From: Amoebophrya sp. A120
Lineage: Eukaryota > Protista > Dinoflagellata
DNA length: 64,000 nt
NCBI GenBank assembly: GCA_905178155.1
Contig: CAJINV010000020.1
Location: 62,001 to 126,000 of the forward strand
Reading direction: 5' to 3'
Under the pieces are notes generated by a model. It ran no database searches and was not told the DNA's origin. It saw only the letters and a program-made list of their open reading frames with translations. A program made the translations under genes and the position numbers. Positions 12,801 to 25,440 of this stretch are shown here, one piece after another (within the stretch, counting starts at the first letter, position 1; every line of letters starts with the position of its first letter).

Positions 12801-15800
12801 ATGATTCTTGTTCGCCTTCTGAATGTCAGGCGTGGTCCGATTCTGATGAAAAACCCCGTCGTTTTCCCGGGACAACGCAAATTGCTGCCAGATGCTCGTT
12901 GACGACGAACTCCCAGTGTAGGACCGCGTTTTCTTGTTCGATACACTTGCATTTGACGTTGATCCGCCGCCAATCATGGTGTCATTGCTCAGGACAACGA
13001 CAGCTGTGTTAGCGCCTGTGTTTTGCTTGTCACTTCTATCACCGTGTTCTTGTTTGCCAGGCGGCGACAACACCGCTCCTCGCGTCTTCGCCAGTTGTTC
13101 TGTGCCGGCTTTGTTTATTTCGGCGCCAGAGGAAGTGTGTCCCCCGCCGCCTACGGTCAAACTGGGGGACGACGGAGGCAGTAGGAGATTGGCTGCGGAT
13201 ATAACAGCGCCGTTTTCAAGAACTACATCTTCCTTTCTCTCTAGCACACTGCCGGTGTCAATGAACAGCAAGCTGCGGAGCAAAATCGTTCTCACGACGA
13301 ATGTCATGGCAATCTCGATGAAAATCTCGCCGAGGAGCTGCTGGGGCATGGTTTCCAGCATGTCGGTGATGAAGCTCAGCTGCTCGCTCCAACTTCTGTA
13401 CTGCTGCGAAATCTGCTGTTGTACTTGCTGCTGTATAGAAGTTGTGGAGGGGATCATGTTGCCCATGATGTTCATGCCCCCTCCTCCGGAAGTGGCACTG
13501 CTCGTTTTATTTAAACCGCTGATCCAAGTAGAAATCAGAAGCAAAAATATCTGGGTCTGGAGGAATGCAAGATTTGTCATGCATATTTCTCATGACCCAT
13601 GATGCCTGTGATGCATGACATAGCATCGCAGACTTTTAGAGGCCTTTGTGATACCTCTACCGCATGAGAAATGCCCTATCCGTGTAGCACAAATTGTACC
13701 CCTCTTGCTGGTCATGCAATACAAATTTTTTTAGAATCCACAGACAGCATCACAAGTTGTGACCTTCCAGACCCAGACATATTTGCATTTGATACTAGAG
13801 GCATTAGAACAACTTTGCCAGCACGCAAACAGCTGCTCGCGGAGAAGATATCCTGTGCAAAAGCATCGCACTCCTATAAATGCAAGTCTTGCATTACAAA
13901 TTTTTTTCTTGTAAATCCACATGACAAATTTTATTTCTCATGCTGAGGAAATTTGTAATGCATTTATACGAGTACGATGCTTTTGCAATGCATAGCAGAA
14001 CACACGTGTCGATGAACAGTGCACAGCAGTGGGCGCGAAACCAGGACGACATAGTCGGGCTTAGCAGGGGTTTGCTGGTGACAGTGACTGAGGCTGCGGT
14101 TGTACTTCCCATAAGCAGTTCCTCCGACGTTTTGACGTCCAGCTCTTGGAGCAAATTTAGCACGTACAAGCACGCGTGCTTTGCCTTGGTATTGATCTGC
14201 GCTGTCGGACAGTGGATCAAGGCGATGCTCTATCCCATGGAAAAACGTCCCCACCAAATTTGCATGCTCACAATGTTTCTCATGCAAAGCCCCATGGCAG
14301 GCATTTTCTAGTCGCGTTTCGGGATTTGTATTGCTCCAATCAGCATAATAGCCTATGTCTGTGATGCTGCTGAACAAGCTAAACAGGGCGACAACTACTA
14401 GGCCAAACTTGTCATGCGTAACAACCAAAGCTGGCTGATTTGTATAGCAGATTTCCCTTCTTGACTATGTGGTGGGGACGTTTTTCCTCAGGATATGCTC
14501 TGCGTGAAAACCGGAAGTTTCGCGATTACCTCCTGCTCGTTGAAAAACAGTTGGAAGCAGTCCATCTCATTCAACGCAAAAGCATCGCAATCCTAATTGC
14601 AACATTGCATGACAAATCTACCTTCTTAGCTGAATCAGCATTACAAGCTTGATAGGATTCTTTTTTCTGAGAAAAATTTGTGATGCAATTACTCCTAGTA
14701 CGATACTTTTGCAATGCATAAACCTCCTCCGTCAGCAGCTTCGCGAAGTTGCACAGCAAGGTCGCGATGCTGGCCACGATCTGTATTGGAATTGGTATTC
14801 TTGACCTTGCGACGCATTACAATTGCTTTATTTTATTTCTCTGCATGGTTTGACTGGCAATGGCTTCCAGCATAATTCGCTTTCAAAAATAGGTCTTCAA
14901 CCGACGATCTACGCAGGCGTGTGCTGTGAGGTGGTCTCTTTTTGCAACAACCGATCACAGCAGCTGCAAATAGAAGAAGAGGAGAAAATTGCAATCATCA
15001 ATGGTATAGTAGTTAGAATCAATACTTTTATACGTCGGCGTCCTGGCCGCAAAGTCGCAAGTCGACCATGCAGACCTGATTGAGAAAGAAGTTTGACTGC
15101 AAAAAGGTCATCAGCACGGACCCTGGTACCGCATGCGTCAGCAAGATCTGGGTTGTCTGGATGATCTGGTGCCACACAGGCTCCAGGGCGGAAAACGGGA
15201 GCTGCGGATAAATAGCACCAGTAGAACTACTGCTGTCTCTACTTCTTCCGGGATGATGATCTCTTGAGGTCGTTGTGCTGCTACTGAAGGGTGGCAGTGC
15301 AGCATTTCCTGCTATCCCTAGCATAGATCTGGAAGTACTTGTGTTTGTTCCAAATGTTGATCTTCCCAGCATCTGAGTCGTTGGGTTTGTTTCGTTTCCA
15401 CCGGCAAGCAGTGCCGTTCGGTCGTCGACTGCGGGAAGCAGACATAGATTCTTCAGACTTCGGAAGAACTGGTAGCGAACCGCAAGTTCGAAAACCGGCC
15501 CCGTCTCGATCACTGGACCGGTTAGCCCTGATTTTTTTTTGCATGAACATGAACAAAGCACTGGTCTTCGTACAAGAACAAAACTTTGTGGTCGTCCTCG
15601 TATCTATCGAGGAAGAAGATCATGTGCCTATGTAGTACTAGTCCATACATATTACAACTCCTGCAGCTGCAAGACTCCATAAGCATGTATAATTGTACCT
15701 TTCGCCTTCCAGCTCCTCTGTGCCTCTTGCTGCTCGTGGAGCAGTAGTTCCCCTACCTTTTGGATTGCGTGCACCAAATCCCGCGCGACTTATCGCGAGG

Positions 15801-16561
15801 AGAAATTATCCCCCCTCCCCAGCATATTGACAGGGTACGTTTTCGAAAATTTGTGTTGCTGATTTATGATCACAAATCTTCTCTGTGTTGCATGAAGGCA
15901 ACTCCACAACCCCCGCCGCATTCAGCAGGCGGTTTGTCATTCTGTTGGGGCTACAGCGTAGACGTCTGTCATGCTAAGCGCCTCGGCCAAAACCTGTCTA
16001 GTACTTATTCAGGCTTGCTATGGGCCTGCAGTCTTCGCCAGCAAGACAGATCTGATTTGTGTATGCAAATTCAGCATCAGAAACTTCGTTTTGATATGGG
16101 GAGGGAGGATTTTCATTCTGATACGACTGCCACGGTGTTCTCCTGCGAAATGCGCCAGATGCCGTCCTCGCTCTTATGGAAGTGTCAGAATCGAAATTGA
16201 CAAAATCGAAAAACTTGTGATGCATAAAATCGATTTCAGTTGGAGCCTCAGTTTCCGAGTGGCGCATGACAAATTTCGGGAGCACTCAAGTCCAGTCTGT
16301 CATGCTGTGTGGGCAAAGAAGACTGCTCCTGTCATGCTACTCTGGCAGCGCATTGCGTACCCCTAAAGAGGCTTGCAATCGGCCTCATTTGCCTGCTCCC
16401 CAATACAGGCCTCCAGTGCCTTACATTTTATGCATCACAAATTTTTCGATTTTGTCGATTTCGATGTTGACACATCCATAGCTCTGCCTCCCGGCGTACT
16501 GGATCCGCGCAAAAAGATCCTCAGCCGTAACCCGCTGCTCGCGGGGCGGGACGAAAATCAT
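6850..16561 (-). CDS. CLEC16A: CLEC16A/TT9-like FPL-domain protein, very long; 8 introners plus canonical introns
   Basis: Reconstructed IQKVGELLLHEQ...VFELAVRYQFF...QIIQTTQILL...FLQSNFFLNQ...ATLLCNFAKLLTEExDCFQLFFNEQ...LPVFTQSIALIHCP aligns by eye with the FPL domain; frame runs through the 4.4-kb exon 9101-13532 to the stop at 6850; start codon tentative. Confidence 0.72.
8183..8436. mobile_element. Introner, family A
   Basis: TIR; flanks accta/accta; removal gives LQNLGLLGDG; interior similar to 3542-3800. Confidence 0.93.
8849..9100. mobile_element. Introner, family A
   Basis: TIR; flanks ggacg/ggacg; removal gives DFFHVHHFSIP. Confidence 0.93.
13533..13794. mobile_element. Introner, family A (opposite orientation to 3019-3280)
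   Basis: TIR with eroded left end; flanks gtaga/ctaga; removal gives CSNAS(T/S)WISG. Confidence 0.88.
13849..13994. mobile_element. Short introner, family D (TATGCATTGCAAAAGCATCG TIR)
   Basis: ~35-45-bp imperfect TIR; flanks gaaga/gcaga; removal gives DTCVLLREQLF. Confidence 0.82.
14231..14495. mobile_element. Introner, family B2 (TATC..GAAAAACGTCCCCACC TIR)
   Basis: TIR; flanks tgctc/tgctc; removal gives VFTQSIALIH. Confidence 0.9.
14568..14720. mobile_element. Short introner, family D, degenerate
   Basis: Imperfect TIR (gcaaaagcatcg/cgatacttttgc); flanks catct/aacct; removal gives LLTEE(V/M)DCFQLFF. Confidence 0.72.
15791..16123. mobile_element. Introner, family B
   Basis: TIR; flanks cgact/cgact; removal gives NTVAVARDLV; colinear with 2652-2973. 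Confidence 0.92.
16175..16480. mobile_element. Introner, family C (TATGGAWGTGTCA..ATCGAAATYGACAAAATCGAAAAA TIR, ~55 bp)
   Basis: Long TIR; flanks gctct/gctct; removal gives YAGRQSEDGIW. Confidence 0.92.
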
Positions 16562-18574
16562 GACAGGCCTCGTCCTCGCGCGGAAATAAAATGCGCCGTT
16601 AATGCACAGGTCGCCCTCAGAAGTGGTGGAGCCTGTTGTCCCTCAGAATTATGAAACGTCCATTTTTATTGGTGTCAACGACGTCTTCCCGGCTAGTACT
16701 TAGTTTTTATTTTGATCATCAAAATTATGCTTCGTACTTGATCTCGTTTTGATCACCTCAAACCTGGAACGGATATTACGGATCTTCTTCTGGCGCTGAG
16801 GACCTTGATTGGATCCTGAAGTCGGTTTCCTTTCTATTTCACACATTTGCAAGCCTTAGCGGAACGAAAGGAGCAACAAAGACTAGGCGATGAACCGAAA
16901 TAAAAGCAAGAGCTGTCGACTGAGCAAGAAAAAAAACGAAAACCACGATCCGGAAGAAAGAACAAAAGCATCGATCCACCCAAATATACAGCTTAATAAG
17001 AACAAAAACAGCTATAAAAACCGTAGAAAGGCAGAGCTAACCCGCATAGCAGCCTCCAGGACATATGGTCTCGTTTGCCAACATGTCGTTGCTTTGATTT
17101 TGTTTTTTTGCTTTTCAACATCTGAATGAAGCTCCTAGTCAATATTTAGTCTTCTAATATCTCTTGATGTGGGCGACTGCTCTGTACTATTTCCGCTCTT
17201 TCCGGCACAGGAAAATTTGTGTCGTTTCATCGCTGACTTCGTCGACTACTGAAACTGTGATACCGAAAGGAAAGAAAGGCTGTGACGAGATTCGTGATGA
17301 AGACAGTAGCAGTGATGATTACATCAACAATAATCTTCGTTCTCCTTCGTGCTAGCCGGTAAAATCTATTCTTTGAGTTGAAGTTTGCTTTTAAGACCTT
17401 CTACGGTGGTAAAGCTGCAGCGCGATGCCTAGAAATCATCATCTCCGTCTCCTCTTGGAGGCCAATATACCAATCCGATTAAGTAATCCAAGTGGATATA
17501 GATACGTTTCTTCATTTCGAAAGGTTTCTTTGGGAAAATGTTTCATCAACTACGCCATCAAATTGCCCCCAGAGAAAATGAGAACTGAACTAAGACGTTA
17601 GTTCATGTGCAAGAGTTTACCAACAAAACCGAAGGCTTCGGTTTTGCGGGCGGTGTTGAAAAGTAAGTAAATCAGGAACTCCCCAGGAGCCAACCCTTTT
17701 GCGGGACCGGCGTCAAAAATTTAAATAAGAAAGAAATTCGCAATTTGTCATGCATATTTTTAATTCGCAAAATTTAAATTTAATCAACGTAGTCTTTAAT
17801 TTCTAACGTAGCGACATACACAAGAAAGCTACTGCTTAATGTAGTTTTTTTGTTCTCAATCTTTTTTTGATACTAGCCTTTATCTTCATCCTTCAGTCTC
17901 AAGCTATCTGTATTCCTTAAGTGTCAAGCTAATCGATCTAGTGCCTAGATTTCTTCAGTTTTGTTTTGTTATTGCAAAAGAGGCTTTGAGTTTTATCACA
18001 TTGACCGCACCAACATCCGACACCGACTCCGTTCGCATTTTCATGCTTTCTGCACGGTGCGGATATCGACAAAGTCAATGATTTCTAGCCCTGGAGGCGG
18101 AAAACCAACCATCTATCTCCCGAGCGCGTCCTGTTTCTGCACAAATTGTAGCGCCCTCTATTTCACCCTTGGCATGGGGGATCAGACATACAAATCATTA
18201 TCATTTTTTTTTTTTCGAAGCTTCATATACAAAAAAGAGCTAATGCACGAAAAAAGGTAGGAGTGCGCAATCATGCTAGATCGAAATTCCATAGAGAGTA
18301 AACTAACATCAACCTCCCAACTACATGCCCTCGTCCGATGACACGTCCATTGCCAGCGCTGCCAAGTTGAATTCCCGTTGGCTTCTACGCATCATGGAAG
18401 ATCCCGTGCTGCTAGGTGTACTCTGGTCGTGCCCCGGCAACGTTAGCAGCAAATCTGAAAACGAAAAGTGATTTGTCGTTACTTTATGTTTAGAAATTTT
18501 TCATTGCAGGCAAAGATACGTGATCCGCCAGATTCTAAGGGAAGTAAAACCAAAATAAATGAAACGGAAACAGA

Positions 18575-19450
18575 TCAGTTCAAACTATCGAGCACCAATA
18601 GAAAAATATCATTCTTACGCGAGGACATCGACTCCCCGAAGACAAAGGGCGAAGTGAGCGGCATCATATAATCGGTCCCAGATTCGTCGTTTTCGCCGGG
18701 CGACGGGGACAGAGTCCGCGACTTTTTCAGGTGTGTGCTGCCCGGCTCATCGGGCTCCACAGTCGTGGAAGTCGAAGTTCCTTTGATGAAAAGATTTATT
18801 TTAATATCACAACTCTGTCAGATGATTGATGATATGAAGAGACATAACATATTACGTTAAGTATAGTAGATACGTAACGCATTTTTACACGACTCGGCTT
18901 CCACGCATTGTACTGGGGACGAGAGTGAGTATAGCGAGAAACAGTTACTCCATAGAAAAACCTCGAAAATACCGAAATCCGTATCCTTTGCAGCCCTCTG
19001 GTGCCTCTTCCTCTTCGATGAGCGGCGTCCCGCTTTTCCTTTTTCCGACGACTCAAACCCCGCGAGATAAAACTCACGATCATCTGCCCCGACACCAGTG
19101 GTACTTCTATCCGAGTAGCTGGAGGAGGGTTTTCGCACGACGTCCTTTGTCAGCACGCTGTTGCTCGGAGTATTCTCGTTTTCCCCCGCGCTGCTAGTAC
19201 TTTCATCGTCCATGAAATGCAGCCACGGTTCGTGCGTAGGCAATGTCAGTCGCGGGGTCCACTCGCGGTCTTGGTCCGGGTCTACTAACCCTGCACGAAA
19301 AAACCCACCTATCGGCAGAGTCAGGTGGGCAACGTTTTTCGCTTTCCCGCTGCGCTTCAGCTTCAGAACAGCCAGGGAAAACAAGTTGACCCTGCCAGCG
19401 GCGGTCAGCAGCAAGAGAGAGAACGACCTTCGGGAAGCAAGAGCCACCAT
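18575..19450 (-). CDS. Hypothetical protein with possible signal peptide (exon structure unresolved)
   Basis: ATG ORF 18857-19450 with hydrophobic N-terminus, plus coding-like segment 18575-18760. Confidence 0.3.
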
Positions 19451-20554
19451 GGAGAGGTCGTGTTTGGTGTGCGATAGAATAAATATTAACCTCGTTATGT
19501 TGGTGTAGAAAGTAGTTGTATAGCAGACCGTCGAAAATTATGAAAAGAGCAGAAGTGCCAGTAATTCAATTGTTCAAATGGGAAAAAATTTAAATCTTAA
19601 CCACGCACGATAATTCTGCTTGACAACGCAAGAACTCCTAATCTATATTTTTTCCACGAAATAATATTTATACCCTTCTCGCCCTCCAACAATCAATTTG
19701 TCGAAAATAATGATTAGTGACCACGCGGACGAATACTTACACAGACGTAGACATCAATGCGAAACGGAAAACGAAAAAAAAAATGAACTACGAAGATGCG
19801 CACCTGGAAAGACGACCTCAAGAAACTTTGATCTTACCAGAAAGCAAACTGCAATCGCAAATCCATACACATCTGCATGATCGACGCAGGTTCTGGCAAA
19901 AACGGTCAACAATGAAACGAAAAAAAAAAAGGTAGAAGAAGGAAACAAAACAGATCAAGATACAAGAACCTGCCCCGGATAAACTACGGAGCAAGAAGGC
20001 GATCGCAATGAGTGCTCTTCTAGACGAAAATAAAGCCGAGGTTGCTGAACACCCGCTTTGAGGAAGAAAAGTGCGCGAGCATATATCATGCTTTCAAAAT
20101 CAAATGCACCAAGCAACAAAAGATTCAATCCTCTGACTGATACGCACCACATCTGCATCTGCTTCATCGATCTTGTCTCACCTCTCATAAAATCTCGAAA
20201 CCCAAAGGAAATCAACTAGCGAGTCATCTCACCATTCCTTTTTTTAGTATGGGCTGAGTAATAAGTAAGTACTACCTGGCGCTCTGTTTGACGAGGCTTT
20301 CGTTCTTACCTCAACATCATGGCGCAAGTATTGCTCAGGCGGCAGACAAAGAATAAGAAACGATGTCGATGTTTACGTATCTATATTTATAATTCTTTTC
20401 CTTTATTCCCAGATGATTGGTGCCGAACAAGATGAAAATGGTATACAAAAGAGATACTTATCCCGGTAAGTTTTTAGTATGAAGATGTGGAAGTGATTTC
20501 CTATCCATGTGGAATAGAATTCGCGACAGTACTACTGTGGTCCTGCCATTTATG

Positions 20555-23500
20555 CTACGACCTACTAGCAACGGCACTAGCGCTGCGATCCGAGTCTTCA
20601 GTTGCTGTTGTCGCGGCACTAGCAACAGCCGCGCGGGTGCTCTCGTTTTTACCGCACGTGGCCAGAAAGGGATTTGTGAACAGGTCGACTGAACAGAGTT
20701 GAAAAGATGAGGAGCTTGAGCTATCTCTTCTTCTACCAAAAAACCCCGCAGAAGTTGTACACAAATCCCCGGCGCTCTCGTCCTGCTCTATCCCTTCTAT
20801 TATCACGTTACCCGTAGTCGTTGTAGCACCGCTGGTGCCCAACTGCTGTGAAGCCGTAGTTAATGCGTTCGTGCTGTTGGTAGTCGACGCGGAGGTGGCC
20901 AGGCTGGACGTGCTGCCCTTCAAGTGTGCGGAGGTAGAGAAGGAATTGTTGTCACTCAACGTGCGGTCAATGTCGGTGAAATTGTTTCGCGGGGAGCTCC
21001 CGTTTTCCAGGCCGCCAGTCGTGGAGGAAGAGGTTTGCCGCACGACTTTGATGTCAAAAATAGAGTCCGCCGGGCTGCCCGGCGGGACTACAACTTGTTC
21101 TGGGGATAGTACCGATTCGCCCTCTGCTCGAACAACTACAGGAAGATCGACGCCTCCACTGCTCGGCGGCGCGGCGAAATCGACTTTGTAATACTCCTTC
21201 GCGCTCCCGCTCGCACGATTAGCGGTCGGCGAAGAAACGAACCAATCGACATGTTGATCTGTTTCCGTTTGTAGTTGCGATTTAACATTTTCCTTCTCGT
21301 TCTGCTTGCTGCTAGACCGAGACCGAGAGAACAGTTTGTTGAACGATTTTGGGTTCAAGGATTTCGGACTCGGCACGATGGAGGTGCCGCCCTGCAAGAT
21401 CGTCGGTATCTGGATTTTGGCCTCCAGGGAATGAAACGGATCAGTCAGCAGGGTGGAAGCTGGCCATGTTGTAGTATTCCCGGAAGTTGTACTAGTTATC
21501 GACGCTCCTGCTGCTGCTGCTGTGTTCGTGGCTATCGTTCCAGGAACGCCGCCGCCGCTGCTTTGTCCGTACACGTCGTTATCAAAATGAAAAATCCCCC
21601 CTCCCCATATCGAAAACGAAAAAATTTGTGTTGCTGTATTTGAGTACACAAGTCACATTTGTCTTGCAGTAAAGGACTGCACGCAGATCGTAAGCCTAAG
21701 GGGGGGCCTCTTGGTGTAGGGGCCTAGCATGGCAGACGTCTGCCCTATAGGCCTTGCAGCATTACAGATCGCCTGCATGTCGTGGCGGAGTCTCTGCGTT
21801 TGCCCTCTGGCAAGAGAGACAGGAGTGAAGTGAAGTGAAGTATTTGTGGTCACAAATCTGCATCACAAATTTTTAGAAACATACCTGTTCTGTATGGGGG
21901 GGGATTTTTCCTTTTGATAGTCGTCTTGTAAAAGTTGCAAGTTCTCCCACAGCCGCTGGCTGTTTTGCTTCCCGGCCACGGATTGAAGGAACTCCTGGTC
22001 GTTCCACGCGTGATCCGGGTGCCAGTCGTTCAAAACCCGGTCCAACGGCACGTCGCCGCCCATCCAGTCCGGCAGCTGCGCGGGTTCGATGTAGGGGTAG
22101 ATGTCCTGCAGTTTCGCTTTCAGAACCACTTTTTCCGCGACTTTGGGATCCAAAAACCGCTTCACGATTTTTTCGAAAAACGTCTCGAACCCCCAGGGGG
22201 CGCCGACCACGAGGATCTTGGCGCAGGACTCGGGGTAGTTGTGGCTGTTGACGCGCGCAAGCAGCTGGATCATCTTCCGCGTCACAGAAGACCACATGAT
22301 GGACCGAACCGCTCCGCCACGCAAATCGAGCAACACGGTGTTCTGGTAAATCAACAACTCCCTTCGCTCCTGGAGGAGGCCCGCGGCGGGCGTCTTTAAT
22401 ATCGTCGTGGCAGAACTGTTTCCGTTTGCCACCCCTGTGGCTGCTGCTGCTGCTGCAGCTGCGTCCCCGCCTTGTTGGGAGGTATTAGTAGTGCTAGGGG
22501 GATAGTGCTGTGGTTTGTTTTTGTCTTTGCTTCGGGTTTTAGTCCGGGTGGTGACCACGACACTATCTGAATTAGCGTTGTTTATCAGGTCCGCAACGCC
22601 ACTGGCTCCGATTTCGTCCCGCACCTTCTGTGCCTCCATTACGTTCAACCGGGACACCGCTAGATACTTGTACCGCCGGGTGTGTTCCTGCTGGACGTAA
22701 AGCATCAGCTCGATCCGATCAATGTCGAAAATCTTCTCCACTTCCTTGGAGACAATCCCCCCTAACCGCTCCACGTACACCGGCCGGCCGTCGCGGTCGC
22801 GGCCACACCACCCGAACGCGTAGCAATTCTTCATGCTGCTTTCCTGCGAGTCCGAGATCAACCGCTGTTCCTGGGTGCAATTCAGTGCTTGGTCGAGCAC
22901 CTGCTTCGGATCGATAGCTGGTGTTTTCATCTTCACAGGAGGCGGCTCTACTCCTGTGTTGAAAGTAGTAGCAGCACCACCACTCTGACTCTGCGCCGAC
23001 GTACTACTAGTACCCCCGACATTCGAAGTAGAAGCGGCACCATGCTCCAGCACCCTTTGCCTCCAGGCCACGTGATCCCGGAGCATTTCCAGCGCGAGCT
23101 CCAGGTTGCCCTTTCGCGCTCGTATGAACCGGTACAGATCATGCTTCGTCAGATGTTGCAACACGTTTTGGTTCTCCGCGCCTATTCGCTCCTCCAGCTC
23201 CTTCGCGAAAGCCGCCACATCGTCGGGGAAGGTGGCGGCGGCCTTGCAAATGCTCAGATTGTAGTCGTCCTGGATGGACGGCAAGGGCGGACGGGTGGAA
23301 GACGAAGATAACCCTTGTTGACCGCCCGATTGATGCTGCTGGTGTTGAGCTGCTACGCCAGGGCCTCCTGGTCCTGCGGCGCCAGTTGGATTCACCAGAG
23401 AGGAAGTAGGCGCAACTACAGCTTGTTGTACCGCATTTTTTGCATCGCCGGTTGCGTTCGTATGATCGGCGCCCGTCGTGCTGGCTCCCCCGTGGTCTAC

Positions 23501-23569
23501 TACCTGAGTCGTTGCAGCACCACTGTTCGAAGATGAGGCTGTTGACGCTTTCCCAAAAATGGAAAACAT
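20555..23569 (-). CDS. SEC14/CRAL-TRIO lipid-binding protein; 1 introner
   Basis: LYRFIRARKGNLELALEML...WR, GRDRDGRPVYVERLG, NYPESCAKILVVGAPWGF...VKRFLDPKVAEKV, QLPDWMGG. Confidence 0.92.
21580..21919. mobile_element. Introner, family B
   Basis: TIR; flanks gtcgt/gtcgt; removal gives LLQDDVYGQS. Confidence 0.93.
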
Positions 23570-24217
23570 GGCGGGATCCGATATTGTGGTCCACCTGGAC
23601 CACCACTACTTGTAGTAGAAGAGCTGTGTCAAAGTAGATGCTCGTCACCGATAGCCTCGCTGTATACCAGCGGCTACTCTTGTTTTGTTTTTTCAAGGTT
23701 GATTTATTTGCATTTTTTGCTTTTGTCTGTGCTAAACATTACGTGGTCTTTCTACTTTCTTAGCATGCCACAGGTGAAGATATTACATCATGTTGACCTG
23801 CTCCCGGACCATTGCCCCAGCTGAGGCAAGAGGGTCGTCGCGTGGTCACATCAATAAATATGGCAACTACCGACATGTCGCTTTAAGTAGAGGTCGTATA
23901 CAACAGTGGAACTGGAAGAGAGATATTGATATCTTCTGCTACGTATGTTGGTCAAACTACCAGTGATACTACGTAAAAATTTGTCGCAAATTGTATACTT
24001 GGGGAAGTTTTTGGGGAAAACAATGGGGTCACGCCTTGACCTGCCGTTGCAAGAAAATGATGGAAAGAAATTTTGGACGATAGGATTGACCGCCACTTCT
24101 TCTCGCCCGATAAGCATACTTATTAGAGGCGCCTGTTCTGCGGACGCGGACCGAATCACTTTGCATTGCTACAACTCACGACAATAATCAGATTTCTTCT
24201 TCTTATTCGCACAGAAA

Positions 24218-24765
24218 TCTTCTACAGAGTAAATAAGAACTCCGGAAATTTTAGAGGTTGTGCAAAAACTGGACCCCCTTTCGACGTGTCGAAAGGGGGG
24301 TCAGCGGCCTGCTGGCGACCTACCTCCCCCCTCCCCCCCCCCCTTTCGACAAGCGTCCCCATTTTCTAAAAGATGGGCTGTGTAGGGTGCGCTACGCACG
24401 CCGGCTGAAGGCGCTCCCCGGCCTTTCCTGCTTGGATCGCGGCCTACTTGCAAAAAATTTCGCGGGGCGCGCTGCGAGCGCCCGGTGCTGGTACATTGCC
24501 CCCTTCTTTCGCGAACTAGTAAAAAACCTTAGGCCCCACGCGGCGCCCGAGGTGCAGCTACGTTGCGCGCGTGTGTTGCTTTACATTGCTTGCAAAAATT
24601 TTGCGGGGCGCGCTGCGCGCGCCCGGTGCCGGTATATTGCCCACTCCCTTCGCGAGCTAGTCTTTGTAAAAAAAATTTTAGGAGCCACGCGCGTGTGCTT
24701 TACATTGCTTGCAAAAAAAAACTCGCGGGGCGCGCTGCGCGCGCCCGCTGTGGTTAAATTGCTAG
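24218..24765 (+). mobile_element. Putative non-autonomous Helitron-like element with reiterated 3' ends
   Basis: Starts A|TCTTCTACAGAG; three copies of the gggcgcgc-tgc-gcgcgccc hairpin, each followed by CTAG (24516, 24657, 24762). Confidence 0.45.
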
Positions 24766-25166
24766 GAAAACCGCCGCGGCTTCGCTTTTATTCATTTGCC
24801 AAGGGCTCGCGGCGAACGAAGCGAAAACGAACACAGGCGGGCTACCACTATGATGAAAGCAGTCTAATAAAATCCACCATATTGGGCACCCACTAGGCCG
24901 GACTTCTGAACTTCTGCGAACGAAGTCCGCCTGTGGTCGTCGTTGCCACACAGCGAAAAAAGTCGCTTCGCCGGATGCGGCCCTGCGATCTACTATCAGA
25001 ATCGCGGAGCCAAGTTGGGAGTCAATTCCAAAAAACATCTGCACCATTCTGGCCAGAATACATCTACACCGTTTCCAAAAAACATCTTCTACAGAGTAAA
25101 AAAGAACTCCGGAAATTTTAGTCCTCGAAGCCTCGAAGCAGCGAAGCCTCGAAGCAGCGAAGCCTC

Positions 25167-25440
25167 GGGCCCGCCATTTTGTCGTTGCGCCGGACCGGAG
25201 CGACAACATCAGGGGTCCCTGGACCCGCCAATTTGTCGCTGCGCCGGACCGGAGCGACAAATCCAGGAGTCCCCGGACCCGCCAATTTGTCGCTGCGCCG
25301 GACCGGAGCGACAAATCCAGGAGTCCCCGGACCCGCCAATTTGTCGTTGCGCCGGACCGGAGCGACAAAATCAGGGGTCCCCGGACCCGCGAATTTGTTA
25401 TTGCGCCGCACCGGAGCGGACCCGCGAATCAATTTGTCGT
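25167..25440. repeat. 54-bp minisatellite, ~5 units, each with an internal hairpin
   Basis: Unit ggacccgccaatttgtcgctgcgccggaccggagcgacaaatccaggagtcccc; stem atttgtcgct/agcgacaaat. Confidence 0.92.

Noticed and set aside
9063-13580. 1505-aa ORF as a standalone gene or transposase
   Set aside because: Both ends lie in introners; it is an internal exon of the CLEC16A-like gene with no DDE motif seen
14781-15033. Another introner (acgatct direct repeat nearby)
   Set aside because: No TIR; an in-frame canonical GT-AG intron explains it
25167-25440. CRISPR array
   Set aside because: Whole units repeat with no unique spacers; no cas genes; eukaryotic context
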